This document shows positions 18,151-26,668 of a stretch of DNA of 40,712 bases, in pieces. Under the pieces are notes generated by a model. It was not told the DNA's origin. It did no database searches and saw only the letters and a program-made list of their open reading frames with translations. Numbering within the stretch: the stretch's first letter is position 1; each line of letters starts with the position of its first letter. The DNA comes from Candidatus Omnitrophota bacterium (lineage in GTDB: Bacteria; Ratteibacteria; UBA8468; MWAK01), in the NCBI GenBank assembly GCA_043797665.1, contig JAZDPL010000029.1, positions 1 through 40,712 of the forward strand, in the 5' to 3' direction. The translations under genes were made by a program, and so were the position numbers.

Positions 18151-19619
18151 CCCTTCCTCTTTACGTCCTCCAGATATTTTCTTAAATCACGCTTGCGGTT
18201 GGGAATTTTGTTTTCCAGAACCAGGTGTTCCAGTCCGGTCTTTATCTTACCGACCGTTGGTCCGGGTTTAATCCCCATGATTTCCATTATATCATTTCCA
18301 TCAATCGCCAATTTAAAAACAGTGGAGCGCTGTGCTTTCTTCCACGTTTTAATCTTCTTTTCCAGGAGGTTAATGTCGTTAAACCCTTGGGTTACTTTGC
18401 GTTCGTTTTTGCTGGTTAAATCCGCCCGGGCAAGAATAAACAGGCTTTTCAAATCTTTCCCGGCATCGTTTACCAGATGCGCAATGGCACGGTTACTGAC
18501 GCCGTCTTCATCTACGCCCGGACCGGCTAAGTAATGCGGCCGCAGGTGGTATTCAATCAACCGGCTCACCTTATCCCGGACCGGCTTGCCGATATTAAAC
18601 CTCCGGGCAACAGAATCAAAAATTCGGCTGCCTACTAAAGGATGGTCGTGAAAAGTCCAGCCCTGACCGGGCACGTATTTTTGGGTAGTCGGTTTACCGA
18701 TGTCGTGAAAGAGCGCGGCTAACCGGGTCGCCAGGTCTTTCGTGTTCCGGCTGACTCGTTCCAGGACAATCAGGGTATGGCGGTAAACGTCTTTACAGTT
18801 CCGGTCGTCTGCGGCAACCACTGTCTTCAAACGTTCAATCTCCGGCAGGACCAGGGGCAGGAGTTGGAGCCGGTCCATCCAGACGATGCCGGGAGTCGGA
18901 TTTGCCGTCTCCATAGTGCGTAAAAATTCATCGGCGATTCGCTCCTGGCTTACAATCTTCAGCCGTTCCCGGTTCCGGATAATGGCTTCGGCGGTCCGGG
19001 GGTGAATACTGAAATTGAACCGGCTGGCAAAGCGCACCGCCCGCATCATCCTCAAGGGGTCATCAAAGAAAGTCTTTTCCGGTTCAACCGGAGTGCGCAG
19101 AATTTTCGCTTTAATGTCGTTACGGCCTCCGAAAAGGTCAACCATCCGCCTGTCTTTTAAAGAGAGCGCAAGCGTATTGATAGTGAAATCCCGACGCGCC
19201 AGATCGTCCTGGAGCGTTGAGGCGGAGACGATGGGTTTCCGTGAATGGTGAAGATAACTCTCTTTGCGCGCGGTTGCGAATTCCAGGGTGACTTTCTGGT
19301 GTTGGAGCATGGCGGTTCCGAACCGGCCGTACACAATGGGCGGCTTGAAAGAAAGGATTTGGCCGGCTAATTTTGCAAAGGCGATGGCGTCGCCTTCCAC
19401 TACAAAATCCAGGTCATGGCACACCCGGTGCAGGCTCCGGTCCCGCAGATACCCGCCCACTAAATAGACCAGCCAGTCTTTTTTCCTGGCGATTTCCGCA
19501 ATCGCCTCAATAATTTCCTTTTCCGTCATAGATGTCATTCCCGCATGCTTACCTTCTGTCATTCCCGCATGCTTACCTTCTGTCATTCCCGCATGCTTTA
19601 GGCGGGAATCCATAACCAT
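18147..19619 (-). CDS. CCA tRNA nucleotidyltransferase/poly(A) polymerase family with HD domain
   Basis: VGGYLRD, DLDF, RRDFTIN, DDPLRMMRAVRF, SQERI, HDIGKP. Start is either 19619 (leaderless) or 19529 (MTEKE). Confidence 0.93.
   Translation of the reverse strand: MVMDSRLKHAGMTEGKHAGMTEGKHAGMTSMTEKEIIEAIAEIARKKDWLVYLVGGYLRDRSLHRVCHDLDFVVEGDAIAFAKLAGQILSFKPPIVYGRFGTAMLQHQKVTLEFATARKESYLHHSRKPIVSASTLQDDLARRDFTINTLALSLKDRRMVDLFGGRNDIKAKILRTPVEPEKTFFDDPLRMMRAVRFASRFNFSIHPRTAEAIIRNRERLKIVSQERIADEFLRTMETANPTPGIVWMDRLQLLPLVLPEIERLKTVVAADDRNCKDVYRHTLIVLERVSRNTKDLATRLAALFHDIGKPTTQKYVPGQGWTFHDHPLVGSRIFDSVARRFNIGKPVRDKVSRLIEYHLRPHYLAGPGVDEDGVSNRAIAHLVNDAGKDLKSLFILARADLTSKNERKVTQGFNDINLLEKKIKTWKKAQRSTVFKLAIDGNDIMEIMGIKPGPTVGKIKTGLEHLVLENKIPNRKRDLRKYLEDVKRKG
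19533..19612. repeat. Three tandem copies of a 24-bp unit TGTCATTCCCGCATGCTTACCTTC, the last completed as a hairpin
   Basis: Units start at 19533, 19557 and 19581; they read KHAGMT(EG) three times on the minus strand. Confidence 0.9.
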
Positions 19620-19625
19620 TTTATA

Positions 19626-19655
19626 ATTATACACCCTTTGGAAAATCTTTGCCAA
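19626..19655 (-). promoter_or_regulatory. Sigma70-type promoter of the CCA gene
   Basis: TTGGCA-N18-TATAAT on the minus strand. Confidence 0.55.
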
Positions 19656-19675
19656 GGGGTTGCCGAATAATAAAA

Positions 19676-19705
19676 TTGAATTTCAACGTTTATTTGGAGT
19701 ATAAT
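19676..19705 (+). promoter_or_regulatory. Sigma70-type promoter of the leu operon
   Basis: TTGAAT-N18-TATAAT, 8 nt before the leuA ATG. Confidence 0.55.
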
Positions 19706-19713
19706 AAAATACT

Positions 19714-21213
19714 ATGCGGACAATCATAATTTTTGACACCACCCTGCGGGACGGTGAGCAATCACCCGGCGCTAGTTTAACCGTCGAGAGCAAGGTACGC
19801 ATTGCCCGACAGTTGGAACGTCTGGGCGTTGACGTAATTGAAGCCGGTTTTCCCGTCTCCTCCCCCGGTGATTTTAAGGCGGTACGGGAAGTGGCGAAAA
19901 CGGTCAAAACCTGCCGGGTGGCTGCGTTAGCCCGCGCCCTGCCTCAGGATATTGAAGCCGGTTTAAAAGCGCTGGAGCCGGCGGTTAATCCACGTCTGCA
20001 TATTTTTTTAGCCACCTCTGAAATTCACCGCAAATACAAGTTGGGTAAGGCAAAGGCTGAAATTATCCGGTTAGCGGTTTCCGCGGTGTCTTCAGCCCGT
20101 AAAAACATTTCCGACATTGAATTTTCACCGGAGGACGCCACCCGGACCGAACCGGATTTCCTCCTGGAAGTAGCCAATGCGGTGGCGGAAGCCGGTGCCA
20201 CCACCCTCAACGTTCCGGATACGGTGGGCTATACGGTTCCGGAAGAGTTCGGGAAGTTAATTGCGTTCTTAAGGGAACGCCTGGATAAAAAAATTCGGAT
20301 AAGCATCCACTGCCACAACGATTTAGGATTGGCGGTAGCCAACAGTTTGGCGGCTTTGACCGCCGGCGCGGACCAGGTGGAAGTGGCGGTCAACGGCATC
20401 GGCGAACGGGCCGGTAACGCTTCGTTGGAAGAGGTTGTCGTCGGTCTGCATATCCGGCAGGATGCCTGGAATCTCAAGAGCCGGATTAAACTTCCTGAAA
20501 TCTATCGCACCAGCCGTCTGGTAAGCACGCTGACCGGCTTGATGGTCCAGCGCAACAAGGCGGTGGTGGGTGAAAATGCCTTCCGGCACGAGGCGGGGAT
20601 TCATCAGGACGGGGTTCTTAAAGACCGCCGGACTTATGAAATTATTGAGCCTTCCCTCATCGGCGTTCCGGAGAGTGTTCTGGTACTGGGCAAGCACTCC
20701 GGCCGGCATGCCCTGACCGTCAGATTGGCGAAGTTGGGTTACCGGATTCAGGAAAACGAGGTCCAGAGGGTATTTGAGCGTTTCAAGGAACTGGCCGATA
20801 AAAAGAAAGAAGTGATGGATTCAGACCTGGTGGCTCTGGTAGAGGAGACCATCTCTCCTCTGGTCGAGACCTATGCCTTAGATTACCTTTCCACGGTTGC
20901 CGGTACCAACACCGTTCCGATGTCAACGGTTCGTTTGCGGAAGGGCAAAGAGATTTCCCAGGCTATTTCTACCGGCGATGGTCCGGTAGACGCCGCCTGC
21001 CGGGCGATTGACCAGTTGACCGGACTTTCCGCCCGGTTGACCGGATACCAGGTTACTGCGGTTACCGGCGGCAAGGATGCGCTGGGTGAAGTTAATCTTC
21101 GGATTACGATTGAGAACAAAGAGGTGCCGGGCCGGGCGATCAGTACGGATATTATTGAAGCCAGCGTCAAGGCATACCTGAACGCGGTCAACCGTTACCT
21201 CCAGAATAAATGA
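19714..21213 (+). CDS. leuA: 2-isopropylmalate synthase
   Basis: [42 protein letters not shown]-terminal GDGPVDA regulatory domain. Confidence 0.97.
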   Translation: MRTIIIFDTTLRDGEQSPGASLTVESKVRIARQLERLGVDVIEAGFPVSSPGDFKAVREVAKTVKTCRVAALARALPQDIEAGLKALEPAVNPRLHIFLATSEIHRKYKLGKAKAEIIRLAVSAVSSARKNISDIEFSPEDATRTEPDFLLEVANAVAEAGATTLNVPDTVGYTVPEEFGKLIAFLRERLDKKIRISIHCHNDLGLAVANSLAALTAGADQVEVAVNGIGERAGNASLEEVVVGLHIRQDAWNLKSRIKLPEIYRTSRLVSTLTGLMVQRNKAVVGENAFRHEAGIHQDGVLKDRRTYEIIEPSLIGVPESVLVLGKHSGRHALTVRLAKLGYRIQENEVQRVFERFKELADKKKEVMDSDLVALVEETISPLVETYALDYLSTVAGTNTVPMSTVRLRKGKEISQAISTGDGPVDAACRAIDQLTGLSARLTGYQVTAVTGGKDALGEVNLRITIENKEVPGRAISTDIIEASVKAYLNAVNRYLQNK

Positions 21214-22502
21214 TGACCTTAACGGAAAAAATTCTGGCAAAGAATGCCGGTCTTTCCCGGGTGCGGCCGGGCCAGTTTATCCTGGCTGAGCCGGACCTGG
21301 GGTTTGCCAATGATTTGACCGCTCCTCCGGCCATAAAGGAATTTTCAAAGTACGGTAAGCGGGTCTTTGCACCGGAAAAGGTGGCATTAATTCCGGACCA
21401 TTTTACGCCCTGTAAAGATATTGAGAGTGCCACTCTGGTAAAGTTACTGCGTGATTTTGCCCGAGAGCAGGTTATCCCGAATTTTTACGAAATCGGCCGG
21501 ATGGGTGTGGAACACGCGCTCCTGCCCGAGGAAGGTCTGATTACCCCGGGAATGGTGGTCATCGGCGCGGACAGCCACACCTGTACCCACGGCGCCCTGG
21601 GCGCTTTTGCCACCGGTGTCGGGAGTACCGACTTCGCTTTTTTCCTTCTGACCGGCAAAGCCTGGTTTCGTGTTCCGGAGACAATCCGGGTCCGGTTTTC
21701 CGGCCGGAGACGACCCTGGGTAAGCGGTAAAGATTTGATTATCTATCTGATTACCAAAATCGGCGTGGACGGCGCCCGGTACAAATCGTTGGAGTTTGGC
21801 GGAGAGGTACTGGCCACTCTTCCGATGGATGACCGGTTTACCATCTGTAATATGGTAGTTGAAGCCGGAGCCAAAAACGGGATTATTCCTCCGGACAAAA
21901 CTACGCTGGGACACCTTTTCCGTCTGAAACCCGGCTGGGCAACCCAGAATATGGATTCTATTCTTTACCCGGATGAGAAAGCCGAGTACTCCCGGACGAT
22001 GGAGATTGACGTTTCAGAACTTGAGCCATACGTCGCCGCACCGGACCTGCCGTCCAACGGACATCCGGTTTCCGAACTGAAGGAGGTAAAACTAGACCAG
22101 GTCGTAATCGGTTCCTGTACCAACGGCCGGATTTCCGATTTGGAGATTGCCGCCGGCGTTATTAAAGGGAAGAAGGTAGCGCCGGGCGTACGTTTAATCG
22201 TAATCCCGGCGACCCAGAAGGTCTACCAGGATGCTCTGGACAAAGGGTATTTAAAGGTTTTTATTCAGGCGGGTGCGGTGGTGAGCACCCCTACCTGCGG
22301 GCCCTGTCTGGGCGGACATATGGGTGTGCTGGCTGAGGGTGAGACCTGCCTTGCCACAACCAACCGGAACTTTACCGGTCGGATGGGGCATCCCAAGAGC
22401 AAGGTCTATCTCGCTTCGCCCGCGGTGGCTGCCGCCAGTGCGGTTACCGGCTGCATCACCCATCCGGCGGAAGTCAGTGAGGGTAGTAAACAAAAAAGGT
22501 AG
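21210..22502 (+). CDS. leuC: 3-isopropylmalate dehydratase large subunit (short LeuC/HacA type)
   Basis: DSHTCTHG, IGSCTNGR, CGPCLG, NRNF.GRMG. Confidence 0.95.
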   Translation: MMTLTEKILAKNAGLSRVRPGQFILAEPDLGFANDLTAPPAIKEFSKYGKRVFAPEKVALIPDHFTPCKDIESATLVKLLRDFAREQVIPNFYEIGRMGVEHALLPEEGLITPGMVVIGADSHTCTHGALGAFATGVGSTDFAFFLLTGKAWFRVPETIRVRFSGRRRPWVSGKDLIIYLITKIGVDGARYKSLEFGGEVLATLPMDDRFTICNMVVEAGAKNGIIPPDKTTLGHLFRLKPGWATQNMDSILYPDEKAEYSRTMEIDVSELEPYVAAPDLPSNGHPVSELKEVKLDQVVIGSCTNGRISDLEIAAGVIKGKKVAPGVRLIVIPATQKVYQDALDKGYLKVFIQAGAVVSTPTCGPCLGGHMGVLAEGETCLATTNRNFTGRMGHPKSKVYLASPAVAAASAVTGCITHPAEVSEGSKQKR

Positions 22503-22521
22503 CCGCAGGCTTCAGCCTGCG
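22499..22521 (+). repeat. GTAG-type REP-like palindrome overlapping the leuC stop codon
   Basis: GTAG-C-CGCAGGCT-TC-AGCCTGCG. Confidence 0.7.
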
Positions 22522-22555
22522 TAGAACCATGAAGAATACTGGGGGTGGATAAATA

Positions 22556-22834
22556 ATGGATTTTGAAGACGAAGAAAAGGAAAAAGTCAGCAAAGGTCTC
22601 TCTCCGGATATGGAGAAGGTGAAGGTGGGCATCCTGGTGGGACCCTATCGGATTGAGGGAGTGATTCACCTTCACCGGGAGGGGCGTCTCTCCGACTTTA
22701 TCAACGCGCCCACCCGGCTTTTCATTCCGGTCGTTGACGCCAAATTTTACGAGATTCCGACTAACCGCTTGGTGGAAGAGCGTGCTTTTGTGAACATCAA
22801 CCGGACCTCAATTGTGCTCTTTTACCCTTTATAA
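22556..22834 (+). CDS. Small conserved hypothetical protein (DUF6812-like)
   Basis: RIEG.IH....RLSD.IN....FIP..DA...F..IN...I pattern; GGGGG RBS-like sequence. Confidence 0.7.
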   Translation: MDFEDEEKEKVSKGLSPDMEKVKVGILVGPYRIEGVIHLHREGRLSDFINAPTRLFIPVVDAKFYEIPTNRLVEERAFVNINRTSIVLFYPL

Positions 22835-22840
22835 TTTATT

Positions 22841-22901
22841 GTCATTGCACGGGTACCCTTTCCGTTGAATCGGAAAGGGGCCCCGAAGGGCGCGGCAATC
22901 T
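22841..22901. repeat. GTCATTGC...GGCAATCT palindromic repeat
   Basis: Shares its first 19 nt (GTCATTGCACGGGTACCCT) and its end with 24458-24547; the inner hairpin differs. Confidence 0.75.
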
Positions 22902-22911
22902 CGGAATAACT

Positions 22912-23406
22912 ATGGAAATTAAAGGAAGATGCTGGAAGTTCGGGGACAACGTCAATACCGACCTCATCATTCCGGCCCGTTATCTTACAGCGTACGAACC
23001 CGCGGAATTGGCGAAGCACTGCATGGAAGATGCTGACCCGGAATTCCCGACCAAAGTCCGGCCCGGCGATATTATCGTGGCCGGCGAAAACTTCGGGTGC
23101 GGCAGCAGCCGGGAACACGCGGTTCTGGCGCTGAAGGGAGCCGGTATTTCGGCCGTGGTTGCCAGATCATTTGCGCGTATCTTCTTTCGCAACGCCGTCA
23201 ATACCGGTCTTCCGATTATTGAGAGCAAACCGGCGGCCGCTGAGATTGAAGAAGGGGATGAGATTATGCTGGACCTTTCTTCGGGTAGGTTGGAAAACAT
23301 AACCACCGGCGAAGAGTTCTCCATAGAAAAATTCCCCCAATTTTTGACCGAGATAGTGATTCAGGGAGGTCTGTTACCATGGGCAAAAGCCAGTCTTATA
23401 AGATAG
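22912..23406 (+). CDS. leuD: 3-isopropylmalate dehydratase small subunit
   Basis: DNVNTDLIIPA, NFGCGSSREHA, SFARIFFRN. Confidence 0.96.
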   Translation: MEIKGRCWKFGDNVNTDLIIPARYLTAYEPAELAKHCMEDADPEFPTKVRPGDIIVAGENFGCGSSREHAVLALKGAGISAVVARSFARIFFRNAVNTGLPIIESKPAAAEIEEGDEIMLDLSSGRLENITTGEEFSIEKFPQFLTEIVIQGGLLPWAKASLIR

Positions 23407-24458
23407 GGGTCATTCCCGGCGACGGCGTTGGTCCGGAGATTATCCGGGAAGGTTTGAAGGTTCTGGAAGCGGCCAAGAACAGATTCCACCTCAAGTACGA
23501 ACTGGTCCACTACGATTTCGGCGGCGAACGCTATCTTAAGACCGGAGAAATATTGCCGGACAGCGCCCTGGACGAGTTCCGGAAATTAGACGCCATCTAT
23601 TTAGGAGCGGTGGGTCATCCGGACGTCAAACCCGGCATACTGGAGCACGGGCTCCTTCTTAAAATCCGGTTTGCCCTGGACCAGTACATCAATCTGCGGC
23701 CGGTCAAACTCTACCCCGGAGTTTGGACGCCCCTCAAAGACAAAGGACCGGACGAGATAGATTACGTTGTGGTCCGGGAAAACACCGAAGGCGCTTACTG
23801 CGGAATCGGCGGCGCCTTCAAAAAAGGGACCCCGGATGAGGTTGCGGTTCAGGAAGAAATCAATACCCGTAAAGGTGTGGAGAGGTGCATCCGCTACGCC
23901 TATTGTCTGTGTCAACAGCGGAACAAAAGAAAAAAACTGACTCTTTGCGACAAAGCCAACGTGCTGACCTATGCCGGAGACCTCTGGCGTCGAACCATGG
24001 CGGAGGTCGGTGCGGAATTTCCGGATATCCGGAAAGACTATGCCTTTGTTGACGCAACCGCGATGTGGATGGTAAAAAATCCCGAATGGTTTGACGTCAT
24101 CGTGACCAACAACATGTTCGGCGACATCATCACTGATTTAGCTGCGGTTACCCAGGGTGGTCTGGGGATTGCTGCGGGCGGAAACATCAACCCGGAAGGC
24201 GTCTCAATGTTTGAGCCCATTCACGGTTCCGCGCCCAAGTACACCGGCAAAAACGTCATTTGTCCCTTGGCCACGATTTCCGCCGGTGGAATGATGCTGG
24301 ATACCTTAGGCGAAAAAGAAGCCGCGGCCGCCATTGACTCTGCAATCGCCAGGGCAACCGGTGAAGGACACATTAAGAGCTTAGAAGCCGGGAAGATGGG
24401 TCTTTCCACCTCCGAATCCGGCGACCTCATCGCCCGCTTCCTCTCCGATACGAAATAG
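23379..24458 (+). CDS. leuB: 3-isopropylmalate dehydrogenase
   Basis: GDGVGPE, RENTEG, DKANV, NMFGDIITD, EPIHGSAP; position in the leu operon. Confidence 0.95.
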   Translation: MGKSQSYKIGVIPGDGVGPEIIREGLKVLEAAKNRFHLKYELVHYDFGGERYLKTGEILPDSALDEFRKLDAIYLGAVGHPDVKPGILEHGLLLKIRFALDQYINLRPVKLYPGVWTPLKDKGPDEIDYVVVRENTEGAYCGIGGAFKKGTPDEVAVQEEINTRKGVERCIRYAYCLCQQRNKRKKLTLCDKANVLTYAGDLWRRTMAEVGAEFPDIRKDYAFVDATAMWMVKNPEWFDVIVTNNMFGDIITDLAAVTQGGLGIAAGGNINPEGVSMFEPIHGSAPKYTGKNVICPLATISAGGMMLDTLGEKEAAAAIDSAIARATGEGHIKSLEAGKMGLSTSESGDLIARFLSDTK

Positions 24459-24547
24459 TCATTGCACGGGTACCCTTACAGTTACGGGTCCCCTACCAGT
24501 TGTAATCTGGTAGGGATCGGTAAGGGGCATAGTATGCGTGGCAATCT
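24458..24547. repeat. GTCATTGC...GGCAATCT palindromic repeat with nested hairpin
   Basis: Inner TCCCTACCAG/CTGGTAGGGA stem; paralog of 22841-22901. Confidence 0.75.
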
Positions 24548-24555
24548 TGTACCTC

Positions 24556-24587
24556 TGTCATCCCTGCATGTTTTAAGCAGGAATCCA
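24556..24587. repeat. TGTCAT(T/C)CC-GCATG-type palindromic repeat
   Basis: TGTCATCCCTGCATGTTTTAAGCAGGAATCCA, with compensatory changes relative to the 12120 and 19581 copies. Confidence 0.8.
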
Positions 24588-24598
24588 TACAAAATTTT

Positions 24599-24672
24599 TG
24601 GGAGATCGTCTAACGGTAGGACTTCAGACTCTGGATCTGAGTATGGTGGTTCGAATCCACCTCTCCCAGCCA
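24599..24672 (+). tRNA. tRNA-Gln (anticodon CTG), CCA encoded
   Basis: Acceptor TGGGAGA/TCTCCCA, anticodon arm TCAGA-CTCTGGA-TCTGA, T arm GGTGG-TTCGAAT-CCACC, 3' GCCA. Confidence 0.96.
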
Positions 24673-26262
24673 GGTTGTACGAATTGCCTCGAGAGCCTCA
24701 TTTTGCCCTTGTCCTGCCTGCGTTTCCGGTGGTTCGAACCTTAGAAATTCTTTCTCGAGGGGAGGATATACATTTGCAATAGGTTGTAGCCATTCATTGG
24801 CTTCTATGCTTAGTTTTCCGTCTTTTATTGTCTGGTTCGAACCTAACGCCATCAGTATTTCTCTCTTGGTTTGGGTGTCACCCTCAATAAATGCCTTCCG
24901 GGCATAGGTTGCAAAGTTAAAAGCCCTCTCTGCCAAATCCACCCAGTTGTCTGTCTTTGCCTCGGTTTCTCGTAACCTCTCTTTCAATTGGGTTATCTCA
25001 TTCTGAAGATTGTTGCGCCGTGCGTTATATTCTTCATCAGTAATTAATTCCTTGCACCGCATGTCAATTAGATTATCCAGGTGTTTCTGGGCATCAATCA
25101 GAACCTTGTGATGTGTTTCATAAGCCATATTCCTGCCTTCACTCTCTTTATCGTCTGCCGCACGTAAAGCTTCCAGTGCCCAATTCCTGAACTCCGGAAG
25201 GATAGTATATTTTTTTAATTCGTTTTCTATCTGCAATTCCAGAGCCTCTGCTCTTATTACTTTTGTCTGAGAACACCGAAAATCCTTTTTCCTCCGGGTA
25301 CAAAAATAGTAGGTATAATGTCTTGTTTCGCCTGTGCTTTTTATCAATTTGGTTTTGGTGTCAGCTGTAAAAAGACAGCCGCATTCTTCACAACGTATTA
25401 ATCCTGTAAATGCAAAGTTATGTTTTTGAAATCTCGGTTTTCCTTTTCTGCCAAGAAGTAGCTGGACCCGGTCATATTCTTCCAAGGTGGTCATTGCTTC
25501 ATGACTACCTTTATGCTGAACACCCTGGGAATCAGTGATAATTCCTGCATAGAACAGATTGGTGAATATATTGTAAATACTGCTTCTCGGCAGTTTGTTA
25601 CCTCCCATTTTCCTGAATTTCCTTGTTCTGAAACCCCATTTTTCATTGGCTATCTCAAGAATCTTGGGTGGAGTATAACTACCGGCAAGCATTAAATCCC
25701 ACATTTTCCTGAGAAGGGGAAAACGTTCAGGGTCTTTGACAATTGTCTTTTCTATCTTGTCGTTTAAATATCCCAGGGGAGCCAGATTAGGCAGCCAGCC
25801 TTTTTGAACTCTTTTTTCCAGCCCTCGTTTTACATTTCGGCTTAGATCCCGTATATACTGGTTGGCCATGCCACTTTCAATTGCATACAACAGGACATTG
25901 TCTTCGGGTAAATATTCCCGGGTTATTGTCTGGATTGACTTGATTACACCTTTTTGCAACATCCAGCTGACCCTGGCGCTGTCAACAGGATTTCTTGCCA
26001 GACGGTTTATTTCCCAGCACAGAATACCCTCGACTTCGCCATCTTCTATCTTTTGAATTAAGGCATTAAATACAGGTCTTTTTCCTGGCTCTTTGGCAGA
26101 TTTGGCTTCTGTGAAAATTTCTTTAATCAGGAGATTCTTATCCTTGGCCAGTTGTTTCATCCGGTCAACTTGGGCCTCAATCGACTGAACCTGGCGGTCT
26201 TCGGATTCCGAGGACTTTCTAGCATAGAGGAAATACCTTATTCTTTCTGGAATCTTTTCCAT
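24610..26262 (-). CDS. Large serine recombinase (resolvase, recombinase, Zn-ribbon and coiled-coil domains)
   Basis: YARKSS catalytic motif, NRLARN, APLGY, N.FYAG, CEEC...YYFC...C. Start MEKI at 26262 behind GGAGG. Confidence 0.95.
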   Translation of the reverse strand: MEKIPERIRYFLYARKSSESEDRQVQSIEAQVDRMKQLAKDKNLLIKEIFTEAKSAKEPGKRPVFNALIQKIEDGEVEGILCWEINRLARNPVDSARVSWMLQKGVIKSIQTITREYLPEDNVLLYAIESGMANQYIRDLSRNVKRGLEKRVQKGWLPNLAPLGYLNDKIEKTIVKDPERFPLLRKMWDLMLAGSYTPPKILEIANEKWGFRTRKFRKMGGNKLPRSSIYNIFTNLFYAGIITDSQGVQHKGSHEAMTTLEEYDRVQLLLGRKGKPRFQKHNFAFTGLIRCEECGCLFTADTKTKLIKSTGETRHYTYYFCTRRKKDFRCSQTKVIRAEALELQIENELKKYTILPEFRNWALEALRAADDKESEGRNMAYETHHKVLIDAQKHLDNLIDMRCKELITDEEYNARRNNLQNEITQLKERLRETEAKTDNWVDLAERAFNFATYARKAFIEGDTQTKREILMALGSNQTIKDGKLSIEANEWLQPIANVYPPLEKEFLRFEPPETQAGQGQNEALEAIRTTWLGEVDSNHHTQIQSLKSYR

Positions 26263-26274
26263 AATAGCCTCCAA

Positions 26275-26346
26275 CAAAAAGGACGGCTCTGGTTAACCCA
26301 GCTCTACCCCTTACAGAAGGAGTAACATTCTGGCAGAACCGCCCTT
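26275..26346 (-). terminator. Stem-loop plus U-tract in the recombinase 5' leader (putative attenuator)
   Basis: Minus strand AAGGGCGGTTCTG...CAGAGCCGTCCTT followed by a T-run immediately before the RBS. Confidence 0.55.
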
Positions 26347-26396
26347 AAAAGACAAAAACCTTCTGCAACTTCTGAATAGAGAGGGTCAACAAATAT

Positions 26397-26425
26397 ATTA
26401 TACCAGGTTTTGTAAATGGTGTAAA
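26397..26425 (-). promoter_or_regulatory. Sigma70 promoter for the recombinase
   Basis: TTTACA-N17-TATAAT with extended -10 TG. Confidence 0.65.
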
Positions 26426-26435
26426 GTCACCAATT

Positions 26436-26627
26436 TTAAATATCAACGTCATCTTTTTTTTCTTTCTGGAAACTAACAGAATCGTTTTCTGTTTTAGGTT
26501 TGGCAAGTATTTTAATAAGTCGGATAAGTGAGACCCCTTTTTCATAAGCTTCTTCCCGACTGATATCCCTGCCGAACCTTTGCTTGTAAAGGTTCTGGAA
26601 CTCCTTGACCTGCGTTTCGGATAACAT
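26436..26627 (-). CDS. Small helical protein preceding the serine recombinase
   Basis: GAGGAG RBS; MLS...KEFQ.LYK..FG..ISREEA pattern, which I recall upstream of such recombinases. Confidence 0.75.
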   Translation of the reverse strand: MLSETQVKEFQNLYKQRFGRDISREEAYEKGVSLIRLIKILAKPKTENDSVSFQKEKKDDVDI

Positions 26628-26668
26628 GACTCCTCGTCCTGATAAAATCTGTATAAATCATTCCTTGC

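Noticed and set aside
19533..19612. Possible CRISPR array
   Set aside because: The units are tandem with identical 6-nt linkers, there are no unique spacers and no cas genes; they belong to a dispersed palindrome family.
24462..24782. 106-aa ORF across the tRNA
   Set aside because: It is made of palindromic repeats, tRNA and antisense recombinase sequence.
24728..24844. GGTTCGAA matches to the tRNA T-loop as possible att duplicates
   Set aside because: They are only 8-11 bp and fall in recombinase codons (RFEP, GSN); no acceptor-stem sequence follows.
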